From positions 31,674-95,673 of the forward strand of contig DATFYA010000021.1 of the NCBI GenBank assembly GCA_035315345.1: a stretch of 64,000 bases of DNA, read 5' to 3'. This stretch comes from Candidatus Methylomirabilota bacterium. Its GTDB lineage: Bacteria > Methylomirabilota > Methylomirabilia > Rokubacteriales > CSP1-6. Position numbers and translations under genes: made by a program. Under the pieces are notes generated by a model, which saw only the letters and a list, made by a program, of their open reading frames with translations, had not been told where the DNA came from and searched no databases. Shown here piece by piece: positions 50,261 through 62,339 of this stretch. Positions within the stretch are counted from its first letter, which is position 1, and the number at the start of each line of letters is the position of its first letter.

Positions 50261-51124
50261 CTACTTCACGGCCGCCGCGGCCGCCTCCATCGCGCGCTTG
50301 GCGAACACGCGCAGCAGATGGCTCTTGTACTCGACCGAGCCCTGCAGGTCGGCCTGGACGTCCACGCCCTCGGCCGCCTTCTCGGCGGCGGCCTGGATCG
50401 ACGCGGCGTCGGTGCCCTTGCCGGTGATCGCCGCCTCCACGCCCTTGGCGCGGACCGCTTTCGTGCCGGCGCCGGTGACGCCCACGCTGGCCTTGCCGAT
50501 CTTGCCGCCGTCGACGCTCAGCACCGCGGCCACCCCCACCACCGCGAAGCGCGACGCCGGGTGCGGGAACTTCATGTAGGCGGCGCCGGTCTTGGGCGCC
50601 ATCGCGGGCACCCGCACCTCGGTCAGGATCTCGTCGGCGGCCAGCGCGGTGGTGAGCAGGCCCTTGAAGAAATCGTCGGCCTTGATCGTCCGCTTGCCCT
50701 TCGGTCCCTCCGCCACCATCTCGGCCCCGAGCGCGATGATCGCGGCCGGGTAGTCCGCGGCCGGGTCCGCGTGCGCGAGGCTGCCGCCGATCGTGCCCAT
50801 GTTGCGCACCATCGGGTCGCCGATCTGCGCGGCCACCGCGGCGAGCACCGGGCACCTCGACTTCACCACCGGCGAGGACTCGACCTGGTAGTGCGTGGTC
50901 ATCGCGCCGATGACCAGCGCGCCGCCTTCCTCCTTGATGCCGGACAGCCCGGGAATCTTGCGCAGGTCGACCAGGTGCTTGGGCTGGGCCAGGCGCAGCT
51001 TCATGGCCGGTAGCAGGCTGTGGCCGCCCGCGAGGAGCTTGGCGTCGTCCTTGTGACGCCCGAGCAGGTCCAGCGCCTCTTTCACCGTCCCCGGCGTGTA
51101 GTACTCGAACTGAGCTGGGTACAT
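50261..51124 (-). CDS. coxM: xanthine dehydrogenase family molybdoenzyme, FAD-binding medium subunit (CoxM-like)
   Basis: FAD_binding_5 plus CO-dehydrogenase flavoprotein C-terminal domain (AGGHSLLP...). Confidence 0.85.
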   Translation of the reverse strand: MYPAQFEYYTPGTVKEALDLLGRHKDDAKLLAGGHSLLPAMKLRLAQPKHLVDLRKIPGLSGIKEEGGALVIGAMTTHYQVESSPVVKSRCPVLAAVAAQIGDPMVRNMGTIGGSLAHADPAADYPAAIIALGAEMVAEGPKGKRTIKADDFFKGLLTTALAADEILTEVRVPAMAPKTGAAYMKFPHPASRFAVVGVAAVLSVDGGKIGKASVGVTGAGTKAVRAKGVEAAITGKGTDAASIQAAAEKAAEGVDVQADLQGSVEYKSHLLRVFAKRAMEAAAAAVK

Positions 51125-51137
51125 GTCGGCGTCTCCC

Positions 51138-53498
<2,361 letters not shown>

Positions 53499-53507
53499 GG
53501 TCGCGCC

Positions 53508-53981
53508 TCACTTCCCCGCCATCTGCTCGGCGGCGTACTGGATGGCCTTGACGATGTTGTGGTACCCCGTGCAGCGGCACAGGTTGCCTTCCAGGTCGTG
53601 GCGGATCTGCGCCTCGGTGGGTCGCGGGTTGCGCTGCAGCATCTGGTGCGCCGACATGATCATGCCCGGCGTGCAGAAGCCGCACTGCAACCCGTGCTTC
53701 TCCCAGAACCCGTTCTGGATCGGATGCAGCTTGCCGTCCTTGGCGAGGCCCTCGATGGTGAGCACCTGCGCGCCCTCGCACTGCACCGCGAGCAGCGTGC
53801 ACGACTTCACGGCCACGCCGTTGACGTGCACCGTGCACGCCCCGCACTGGCTCGTGTCGCAGCCGACGTGCGTGCCGGTCAGACCCGCCTGCTCCCGGAT
53901 GTAGTGCACGAGCAGGAGCCGGGGCTCCACGTCGTGGGACTGGGGGGCGCCGTTGATCGTCATCGACACGGTCTTTTTCAC
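53508..53981 (-). CDS. coxS: [2Fe-2S] small subunit (CoxS-like)
   Basis: Two [2Fe-2S] motifs (CDTSQCGAC...CGFC...CRCTGY). The GTG start ([14 protein letters not shown]) is preceded by an AGGAGG RBS. The S-L-M gene order is typical of form II clusters. Confidence 0.85.
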   Translation of the reverse strand: MKKTVSMTINGAPQSHDVEPRLLLVHYIREQAGLTGTHVGCDTSQCGACTVHVNGVAVKSCTLLAVQCEGAQVLTIEGLAKDGKLHPIQNGFWEKHGLQCGFCTPGMIMSAHQMLQRNPRPTEAQIRHDLEGNLCRCTGYHNIVKAIQYAAEQMAGK

Positions 53982-54053
53982 TGCGCTACCTCCTGGGTGA
54001 AGGGTCCGAGGCCGGGAAAACGCCCACAACCGTATGCCGGGGCGAGGACGGTG

Positions 54054-55304
54054 TCAAGGGGTGCCGCCGAGGAGGCGGCGACCTTCGATGCGGGCCTGCT
54101 CCAGGACTTCGCGGACCGCCACGCCTCGGTCGCGCGCGATGCGTCGGACCTCCTCGAACTCGGGTGTCACCGTGACCACGCGACCCTCCAGACGGGAGAC
54201 CTTGAAGTCCACCGGCCCGTACATCGTGTCGAGACGCACCATCTCCCGGTCGAGCCGGGCGCGCTGGTAGGCGGTCCACCGCACCCCGATGGTCGAGGAC
54301 TCCTCGAAGAGCACCCGGGACAGCTCGGTCACCCGACCGGGCTCGCACAGCGCGGTGAGCACGATGCCGGGACGGCTCCGCTTCATGATGACCGGCGTGA
54401 GCCAGGCGTCGAGGGCGCCCGCGGCGAGCAGGCGCTCGAGGAGGGGTTCGTAGAGCTGTGGCGACATGTCGTCGATGGTGGTCTCGACCTGGACGATGGT
54501 CTCGGCCGGCGCGGTCACCGCCGCCTCGCCCACGAAGAGGCGCAGCACGTTCGGAGTGTCGAGCTCCATCGTGCCGGCGCCGTAGCCGACCGCGGTGACC
54601 CGCATGGCCGGCATCGCCCCCGCCCCCGCGGCCAGCGTCGTCAGGATGGCCGCGCCGGTCGGGGTCACCAGCTCGCGCCGGATGCCGGTGTCGAGCGTGG
54701 GAAAGCCCTTCAGCATCTCCGCGGTTGCGGGACCCGGCACCGGCATCTTGCCGTGGGGACCCTCGATGAAGCCGCCGCCCACCGGCAACGCGCTGAAGTG
54801 GACCGCGTCGATGCCGAGCAGGTAGAGCCCGATGCACGAGCCGGTGACGTCCACGATGGCGTCGACGGCGCCCACGTCGTGGAATTGCACGCGCTCGGGC
54901 GTCGTCCCGTGTACGCGGGCCTCCGCCGCGGCGAGCCGGCGGAAGACGCGCGAGGCCATGTCGCGTACCGCGGGTGCCAGGCGGCTACCGTCGAGGATGC
55001 CGAGGATCTCCTCGAGCCCCCGGTGCCCGGAAGCCCGATGCCCGGTGGAGTGCGCGGGCCGCGCGCCCTGGGCGGCCCGGCCCATGTAGCCCGGGTCCTG
55101 CTCGTAGCCGTCCAGGTGCACGTCGACCTTCGTGGCCCGGAAGCCGGCCTTCATGACCTCGCGGCGCTCCAGCCGGTAGCCGGCCACGCTGAGGCCGGCC
55201 AGCTCGCGCTCGAGTGTGTCGAAGGAGGCGCCGGCGTCGACGAGCGCGCCGAGGATCATGTCGCCCGAGGCGCCGCTCGGGCAATCGAAGTAGGCGATCT
55301 TCAT
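54054..55304 (-). CDS. larC: nickel-pincer cofactor biosynthesis protein LarC (CTP-dependent nickel insertase, DUF111)
   Basis: The conserved N-terminus is MKIAYFDCPSGASGDM. The ORF-track start adds MSGPPQ at 55322. Full-length architecture is LarC1-LarC2. Confidence 0.8.
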   Translation of the reverse strand: MKIAYFDCPSGASGDMILGALVDAGASFDTLERELAGLSVAGYRLERREVMKAGFRATKVDVHLDGYEQDPGYMGRAAQGARPAHSTGHRASGHRGLEEILGILDGSRLAPAVRDMASRVFRRLAAAEARVHGTTPERVQFHDVGAVDAIVDVTGSCIGLYLLGIDAVHFSALPVGGGFIEGPHGKMPVPGPATAEMLKGFPTLDTGIRRELVTPTGAAILTTLAAGAGAMPAMRVTAVGYGAGTMELDTPNVLRLFVGEAAVTAPAETIVQVETTIDDMSPQLYEPLLERLLAAGALDAWLTPVIMKRSRPGIVLTALCEPGRVTELSRVLFEESSTIGVRWTAYQRARLDREMVRLDTMYGPVDFKVSRLEGRVVTVTPEFEEVRRIARDRGVAVREVLEQARIEGRRLLGGTP

Positions 55305-55330
55305 CTGCGGGGGCCCCGACATGGCCCCCG

Positions 55331-55452
55331 CACTCCCCCCATCGGCGGGCAGCCGGGTGCGTCAGTCACCGCCACTCCCCCCATCGGCGGGCAGCCGGGT
55401 GCGTCGGTCACCGCCACTCCCCCCATCGGCGGGCAGCCGGGTGGGTCACCGC
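55331..55452. repeat. 3 x 42-bp perfect tandem direct repeat at the larB/larC junction
   Basis: cactccccccatcggcgggcagccgggtgcgtcagtcaccgc at 55331..55372 is repeated at 55373..55414 with one substitution. A third copy at 55415..55452 has a 4-nt deletion. The third copy contains the larB stop codon (55446..55448). Confidence 0.95.
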
Positions 55453-56204
55453 AACTTGGAGGCGAGCTTGTTGATCTGATTGGCCTGGGCGGCGGCGCCG
55501 TAGCCGTTGTCGATGTTGACCACCGACACGCCGGGCGCGCACGAGTTCAGCATGGCGAGCAGCGCGGCCACGCCGCCGAGCGAGGCGCCGTAGCCCACGC
55601 TGGTCGGGACCGCGATGACCGGCCGGTCCACGAGGCCACCCAGCACGGTCGGCAGCGCGCCTTCCATGCCCGCCACCGCGATGATCGCGTTGGCCTCGTT
55701 CAAGCGGTCGAGGTGCGGCACCAGCCGGTGCAGCCCGGCCACGCCGCAGTCGAACAGCCGCTCGACCGCGTTGCCCATCGCCTCGGCGGTCACCGCGGCC
55801 TCCTCGGCCACCGGCTGGTCGGACGTGCCCGCGCTCACCACCACGATGAGGCCGACGCCCTCGGACGGCGCCGGATTGACCACGACCAGCCGGGCCATCT
55901 CGTGAACCCGGCACGGCAGCCCGCTCGCGAGCAGCGCCTCGATCACGTCGGCGGAGGCGCGGGTGGCCAGGACGTTGTGGTGGCCCTCGGCGAGCCGGCG
56001 CCCGATCGCCACCACCTGCTCCGGCGTCTTGCCCTGGCAGAAGATCGCCTCGGGCACGCCGTGACGGAGCGAGCGATGCACGTCCACGCGCGCGAAGCGC
56101 AGGTCCTCGACCGGCAGGTCGCGCAGCCGGGCCAGCGCCTGCGCGGGGCTGATCGTCCCGCGCGCGACCGCCTCGAGCAGCGCGGCTACTTTTTCCCGAT
56201 CCAC
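55446..56204 (-). CDS. larB: nickel-pincer cofactor biosynthesis protein LarB (PurE-like NaAD carboxylase/hydrolase)
   Basis: LarB N-terminal domain plus PurE-like C-terminal domain (VVVSAGTSDQPVAEE...GMEGALP). The candidate GTG start at about 56204 overlaps the larE 3' end by about 19 nt, so the start is uncertain. The 426-aa ORF-track call is an extension. Confidence 0.8.
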   Translation of the reverse strand: MDREKVAALLEAVARGTISPAQALARLRDLPVEDLRFARVDVHRSLRHGVPEAIFCQGKTPEQVVAIGRRLAEGHHNVLATRASADVIEALLASGLPCRVHEMARLVVVNPAPSEGVGLIVVVSAGTSDQPVAEEAAVTAEAMGNAVERLFDCGVAGLHRLVPHLDRLNEANAIIAVAGMEGALPTVLGGLVDRPVIAVPTSVGYGASLGGVAALLAMLNSCAPGVSVVNIDNGYGAAAQANQINKLASKLR

Positions 56205-57019
56205 TTGAGCGCCTCGTTGGCGCTGCCGCTGCGAAAGCCCTGCAGGTCGAGGGTGACGTAGAGATAGCCCAGCTCGCGGAACCGCCGCACGATCGCGGTG
56301 TGGCGGTCCTCCTGCCACAGCCGGCCCATCTCGTCGGGCGGCAGCTCGATGCGCGCCAGGCGGTCGTGATGGCGCACCCGGAACTGGCGGAAGCCGAGCC
56401 CGCGCAGAAACGCCTCCGCCTCGTCGATCTGCCGCAGCTTGGCCGGCGTGATGAGATCGCCGTACTGGAAGCGCGAGGACAGGCAGGCGAACGAGGGCTT
56501 GTCCCACGTGGGCAGGCCGAGATCGCGCGACAGCGCGCGGATCTCCTCCTTCCACAGCGCGGCCTCGATCAGCGGCGCGCGCACCCCGCGGGCCTGGGCG
56601 GCCTTCATGCCCGGCCGGTGATCGCCGAGGTCGTCCATGTTCGCCCCGTAGACGACCTGCGCGACGCCGGCCCGACGGGCGATCGGCTCCAGCCGCGAGA
56701 ACAGCTCCTCCTTGCAGTGAAAGCACCGGTCCGGCGAGTTGCGCGCGTACTCGGGCCGGTCCAGCTCGTGCGTGCGCACCACCTCGTGCCGCAGGCCCAG
56801 GAGCGCGGCGAGGCGGCGCGTCTCCTCGAGCTCGGCGGCCGGGTAGGTCTCGGAGTCGGCGGTGACCAGCAGCGCGTCGGCGCCCACCGCGTCCTTCGCG
56901 GCGCGGGCCAGGAAGGTGGAGTCCACCCCGCCGGAGAAGGCCACCACCACGCGGCCCATGCCGCGGACGATGTCGAGCAGCCGGTGGTACTTGTCGGCGA
57001 GCGCGGCTTCGCGGGTCAT
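56186..57019 (-). CDS. larE: nickel-pincer cofactor biosynthesis ATP-dependent sulfur transferase LarE (PP-loop ATPase)
   Basis: PP-loop SGGVDS in VAFSGGVDSTFLA. The likely start is MTREAALADKYHRLL. It contains CFHC plus ACLSSR, three cysteines in total. Confidence 0.8.
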   Translation of the reverse strand: MTREAALADKYHRLLDIVRGMGRVVVAFSGGVDSTFLARAAKDAVGADALLVTADSETYPAAELEETRRLAALLGLRHEVVRTHELDRPEYARNSPDRCFHCKEELFSRLEPIARRAGVAQVVYGANMDDLGDHRPGMKAAQARGVRAPLIEAALWKEEIRALSRDLGLPTWDKPSFACLSSRFQYGDLITPAKLRQIDEAEAFLRGLGFRQFRVRHHDRLARIELPPDEMGRLWQEDRHTAIVRRFRELGYLYVTLDLQGFRSGSANEALKWIGKK

Positions 57020-57023
57020 CCGC

Positions 57024-58019
57024 TCAGGCAAGCATGGGCCCGGCCAGCCGGGCCAGCGGAACGATCGGTCGCGCGCCCACGTGGCCGATGACCTCGGCGG
57101 CGGCCAGCGATCCGAGCCGTCCGCAGGTTGGCAGGTCGAGTCCCCGACACATGCCGTAGAGTACCCCCGCCGCATAGAGATCGCCGGCCCCGGTCGTGTC
57201 CACCACCGCGCTCACCGGGTGCGCGAGGACCGTATGGACCTTGCCGCCGCCGATCAGCACCGACCCGTCCGCGCTCCGGGTGAGGGCCGCGATCTCACAC
57301 TGGTCGCGGACGTGCCGGAGGGCTGAGTCGAAGTCGCCGACCTGGTAGAGGGCGCGGATCTCCGCCTCGTTCGCGAAGAGGATGTCCACGTGATTCTGGA
57401 CCAGGTCGCGGAACGCGGCCCGATGTCGATCGACGCAGAAGGGATCCGACAGGGTCAGGGCGACCTTGCGCCCGGCCGCGTGCGCGATGGCGGCGGCGGC
57501 GCGGAAGGCTTCCTGGGCCTCGGGCGGATCGAACAGATACCCCTCCAGATAGAGGATGCGGCCGCGGGCGATCGGCGCGCGGTCCACGTCGGCGGGGCCG
57601 AGTCGCACGGAAGCGCCGAGAAACGTGCCCATGGTGCGCTGCGCGTCCGGGGTGACCAGGATGAGGCACCGCCCGGTGGCCGGCCCGGAGGTGGCCCGGG
57701 GGGTGTCGTAGCCCACGCCGGTCGCGCGCAGGTCGTGACCGAAGACCTCTCCGAGCTGATCGTCGCGCACCTTGCCCACGTAGTGCGCGCGGCCGCCGAA
57801 CGACGCCACGCCCACCATCGTGTTGGCCGCGGAGCCGCCCGAGATCTCGACGCCCGGGCCCATCGCGTCGTAGAGGGCGCGCGCCCGATCCTCGTCGACG
57901 AGGTGCATGGTCCCCTTCACCAGGCCCTGGCGGCCGAGCATCGCGTCGTCGGCGTGGCTCAGCACGTCGACGAGCGCGTTGCCGATGCCGACCACGTCGA
58001 GGTCGCCCGGGCTAGCCAC
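57024..58019 (-). CDS. PfkB/ribokinase-family carbohydrate or nucleoside kinase (adenosine kinase-like)
   Basis: 331 aa with the PfkB signature DTTGAGD and N-terminal GG-type substrate lid motifs. Confidence 0.7.
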   Translation of the reverse strand: MASPGDLDVVGIGNALVDVLSHADDAMLGRQGLVKGTMHLVDEDRARALYDAMGPGVEISGGSAANTMVGVASFGGRAHYVGKVRDDQLGEVFGHDLRATGVGYDTPRATSGPATGRCLILVTPDAQRTMGTFLGASVRLGPADVDRAPIARGRILYLEGYLFDPPEAQEAFRAAAAIAHAAGRKVALTLSDPFCVDRHRAAFRDLVQNHVDILFANEAEIRALYQVGDFDSALRHVRDQCEIAALTRSADGSVLIGGGKVHTVLAHPVSAVVDTTGAGDLYAAGVLYGMCRGLDLPTCGRLGSLAAAEVIGHVGARPIVPLARLAGPMLA

Positions 58020-58922
58020 GGCGGCGGGCCTTCGCCTTCGGGGGGAAATAGCGGTCCAGCAGCAGCGCGAGGCGCTGCCGCGTGCGCGGCGGGAAGGCGG
58101 CCGGATTGGTGATCACCGCGCTGGCCAGCGCGTCGCCGCAGCCCGCGTGGCAGGGCTTGCCCACCCGCGGGATGACCCGCTTCAGCACCACCTTGGCGGT
58201 GGCGACGTTCTTCAGCAGGTTCGCCACCACCGCCTCCACGCTGACCGCGGCGTGGGTCTCGTGCCAGACGTCGTAGTCGGTGGCCAGGGCCAGCGTGGCG
58301 TAGCACAGCTCGGCCTCGCGGGCCAGCTTGGCCTCCGGCATGTTGGTCATGCCGATCACCGAGACGCCCCAGCGGCGGTAGATCTGCGATTCACCCCGGG
58401 TGGAGAACTGAGGGCCCTCGATGCAGATGTAGGTGCCGCCACGGTGCACCCGGGCGCCGGCCTCGCGCCCACCGGTCTCCAGCAGGTCGCCGAGCGCCGG
58501 GCACACCGGATCGGCGAGGCCGACGTGGCCGACGATCCCATCGCCGAAGAAGCTCGAGATCCGTCGCTTCGTGTGGTCGTAGAACTGGTCGGGGATGACG
58601 AGGTCCAGCGGGTGGATCTCCTCCTTCATGCTGCCCACCGCGCTGACCGAGATGACCCACCGCACGCCGAGCGACTTGAGCCCGTAGATGTTCGCGCGGT
58701 AGTTGATCTCGCTCGGGGTGACCCGGTGGGCGCGGCCGTGGCGCGGCAGGAAGACGACTCGGCGATCGCCCAGTCGGCCGGTGCAGTAGGCGTCCGACGG
58801 GTGGCCGAACGGTGTCTTGACCCGGACCCAGCGCACGTCCTCGAAGCCCTCGATCTCGTAGAGCCCGCTTCCGCCGATGATGCCGAGCGCGGGCTCGGAC
58901 GGCCGCGACGCCGGCGCCATCC

Positions 58923-58926
<4 letters not shown>
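58012..58926 (-). CDS. mtnP: S-methyl-5'-thioadenosine phosphorylase
   Basis: PNP/MTAP family (IGGSGLYE...TPFG...GMTNMPEA) with the C-terminal MTAP-specific region. Confidence 0.85.
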
Positions 58927-60247
<1,321 letters not shown>

Positions 60248-60251
<4 letters not shown>

Positions 60252-61288
60252 GCGGTGACCTCCTCGCGGAGCTGGCCGCAGGCCGCGCCGATATCTTCTC
60301 CCTTGCTCCAACGAATGGTCGCGGTGATGCCGTGCTCGAGCAGGATGGCCTGGAAGGCGAGGATGCGCGGCAGGGACGGCCGGCCGAAGCCCGAGCCCTC
60401 CCAGTCGTTGAACGGAATCAGGTTGATCTTGCCTCGGATCCCCTTGAGGAGCCGCACCAGTCGCCGCGCGTCCTCCGCCGCGTCGTTCACGCCGTCGAGC
60501 AGCACGTACTCGAAGGTCATCCGCTGGCGGAACGGCAGCGGGAAGCGCCGGCACGCGGCCAGCAGCTCCTCGATCGCGAAGCCGCGGTTGATCGGCATGA
60601 TGCGGTCGCGGATCTCGTTGCTGGTGGCGTGGAGCGAGATCGCGAGATTGACCTTCAGGCTCTCCTTGGCCAGCCGCTCGATTCCGCTCACCAGCCCCAC
60701 CGTCGAGACGGTGATGCGACGGGGCGAGAAGCCGAAGGCCCGCGGGTCGGTGAGTAGCCGCAGCGACTTCACGGTCGCCCCGTAGTTGGCGAGCGGCTCG
60801 CCCATGCCCATGTACACGATGTGAGTGATGCGCTCGCCCGGGCCGAGCCCGCGTCGCGCCACCATCACCTGCCCGACGATCTCGCCCGCGCTCAGGTTGC
60901 GCTCGAGGCCCATGGTGCCGGTGAAGCAGAACGCGCAGCCGAATCCGCAACCCACCTGGGTGGAGACGCACAGGGTGAGGCGGTCGCCATCGGGCATGAG
61001 CACCGACTGCACGCGCGCGCCGCCGGCGTAGCGGAGCACCAGCTTCTGGCTGCCGTCCTGCGAGGGCGTGCGCCGCTCGACCTCCGGTAATTCGACCCGC
61101 ATCGAGGCGGCGAGCGCGGCGCGGAAGTCGCGAGGGAGATCGGACATGGCCTCGATCTCGGCCACGCCCCGGGTGAAGATCCAGCCCGCGAGCTGGCGGC
61201 CCCGGTACCGTGGGACGCCTAGCGATTCGGCCAGCTCCTCCATCTCGGCGGGGAACAGATCGAGCAGATTCGTCGATGACATACGCAC
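60248..61288 (-). CDS. rlmN: 23S rRNA (adenine2503-C2)-methyltransferase RlmN
   Basis: Radical SAM motif CVSTQVGCGFGCAFC and the RlmN/Cfr family N-terminus. Confidence 0.85.
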
Positions 61289-61510
61289 CGACGAATAGTA
61301 GCACAGCGGTCCGGGGCCGGCGGCCGGCCCGGGCGTCCTCGGCTGCTTCTACGCGGCGCGGATCAGGCGCGGCCGCCGCGTCCTACCGTCGCCAGCTCCA
61401 GAGCAACCTCCACACCAGTCGTACCGCCTTGTCACCCGTGTTCATCCACCAGTGTTCGCGCATGCCTCAGTCTCTCACGAGTTGGTTTTGTCGGCCCCGC
61501 CGACCCGCCC

Positions 61511-61540
61511 TTGCCTGGCTTCGCGGCCATCGCCTATACT
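61511..61540 (+). promoter_or_regulatory. candidate sigma70 promoter (TTGCCT-N18-TATACT) for the plus-strand membrane protein gene
   Basis: The -35 lies at 61511..61516 and the -10 at 61535..61540, with the ATG at 61565 preceded by GGAGG. The ORF-track TTG start at 61511 coincides with the -35 hexamer and is rejected. Confidence 0.4.
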
Positions 61541-61564
61541 CGCGGCGTCGAAACGGAGGATGAG

Positions 61565-61957
61565 ATGCGCGAGATGGCGATCCTCGAGCCGGGCTGGCGG
61601 TCGGCGATCTTCGGCTACCTTGTCTTCGTCGTTGCGCTCTTGCTCACCGTGATCGTGTCGTCGGGCGCCGTCGCGCGCTCCGGAGCCATCGTCGGGCTGC
61701 TGGCGGTGTCCCTGCCCGCTCTCGTCGCCTGGCTCTACATCGAATCCAGCGGCTGGATGGGGCCCGAGCCGGCGTGCCGGATCGTGCGCGGCGCCGTCAT
61801 CACGATCGCGCTGTCGTGCAGCCTGGTCGGACTGTTCCTCACCGTCTGGTCGTTCTCACGCCTCGGCGCCTTCCTGGTCCTCATCGAGGGGCCGCTCTGG
61901 TACCTCGCCATCAGCGCGGTCGCCTATATGCGCGACGAGGCGGACCCCGGCACGTGA
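61565..61957 (+). CDS. hypothetical integral membrane protein (4 TM)
   Basis: MREMAILEPGWRSAIFGYLVFVVALLL... with four hydrophobic helices. No recognisable family. Confidence 0.5.
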   Translation: MREMAILEPGWRSAIFGYLVFVVALLLTVIVSSGAVARSGAIVGLLAVSLPALVAWLYIESSGWMGPEPACRIVRGAVITIALSCSLVGLFLTVWSFSRLGAFLVLIEGPLWYLAISAVAYMRDEADPGT

Positions 61958-62036
61958 TCTCGTCACCGCGGCGCACCGGCCAGGAGATCCCGCGGCGGTG
62001 AGCCGGGCCAGAGGCCGGTCGAGCAGAAAGCCGCCG

Positions 62037-62171
62037 ATGAAAGCGGTATCGCGCCGCATCATGGCCCAGGTGCGCGCCATGAGGCGAGGCAGCCGACCGC
62101 TCAGCCTCTCGGACGCCGAGTGGCGTGCCCTGACCGCGGCGCCCCGCCGCCGCGCGCGCCGTGAAGCCTAG
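62037..62171 (+). CDS. candidate small ORF (44 aa) with a ribbon-helix-helix-like N-terminus
   Basis: MKAVSRRIMAQVRAMRRGSRPLSLSDAEWRALTAAPRRRARREA. The RPLSLSDAEWRAL segment resembles the beta-strand/helix start of CopG/RHH proteins. The RBS is weak and no partner toxin gene is present. Confidence 0.2.
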   Translation: MKAVSRRIMAQVRAMRRGSRPLSLSDAEWRALTAAPRRRARREA

Positions 62172-62339
62172 ATCGTCGCCGCTCCGCGACGTTGCGAGCC
62201 CGGACTCGTCGCCGTCGCCGGGAGGACAACCCACAAACCGTGTGGGTCGGCCGTGGATAACCCGGTGGGTCGCTGACCGCTCGTCGATAAATTTCAGCTA
62301 CTAGGAGCGTATCGCCGCTCCGGTGAGCACCGCGACTTC

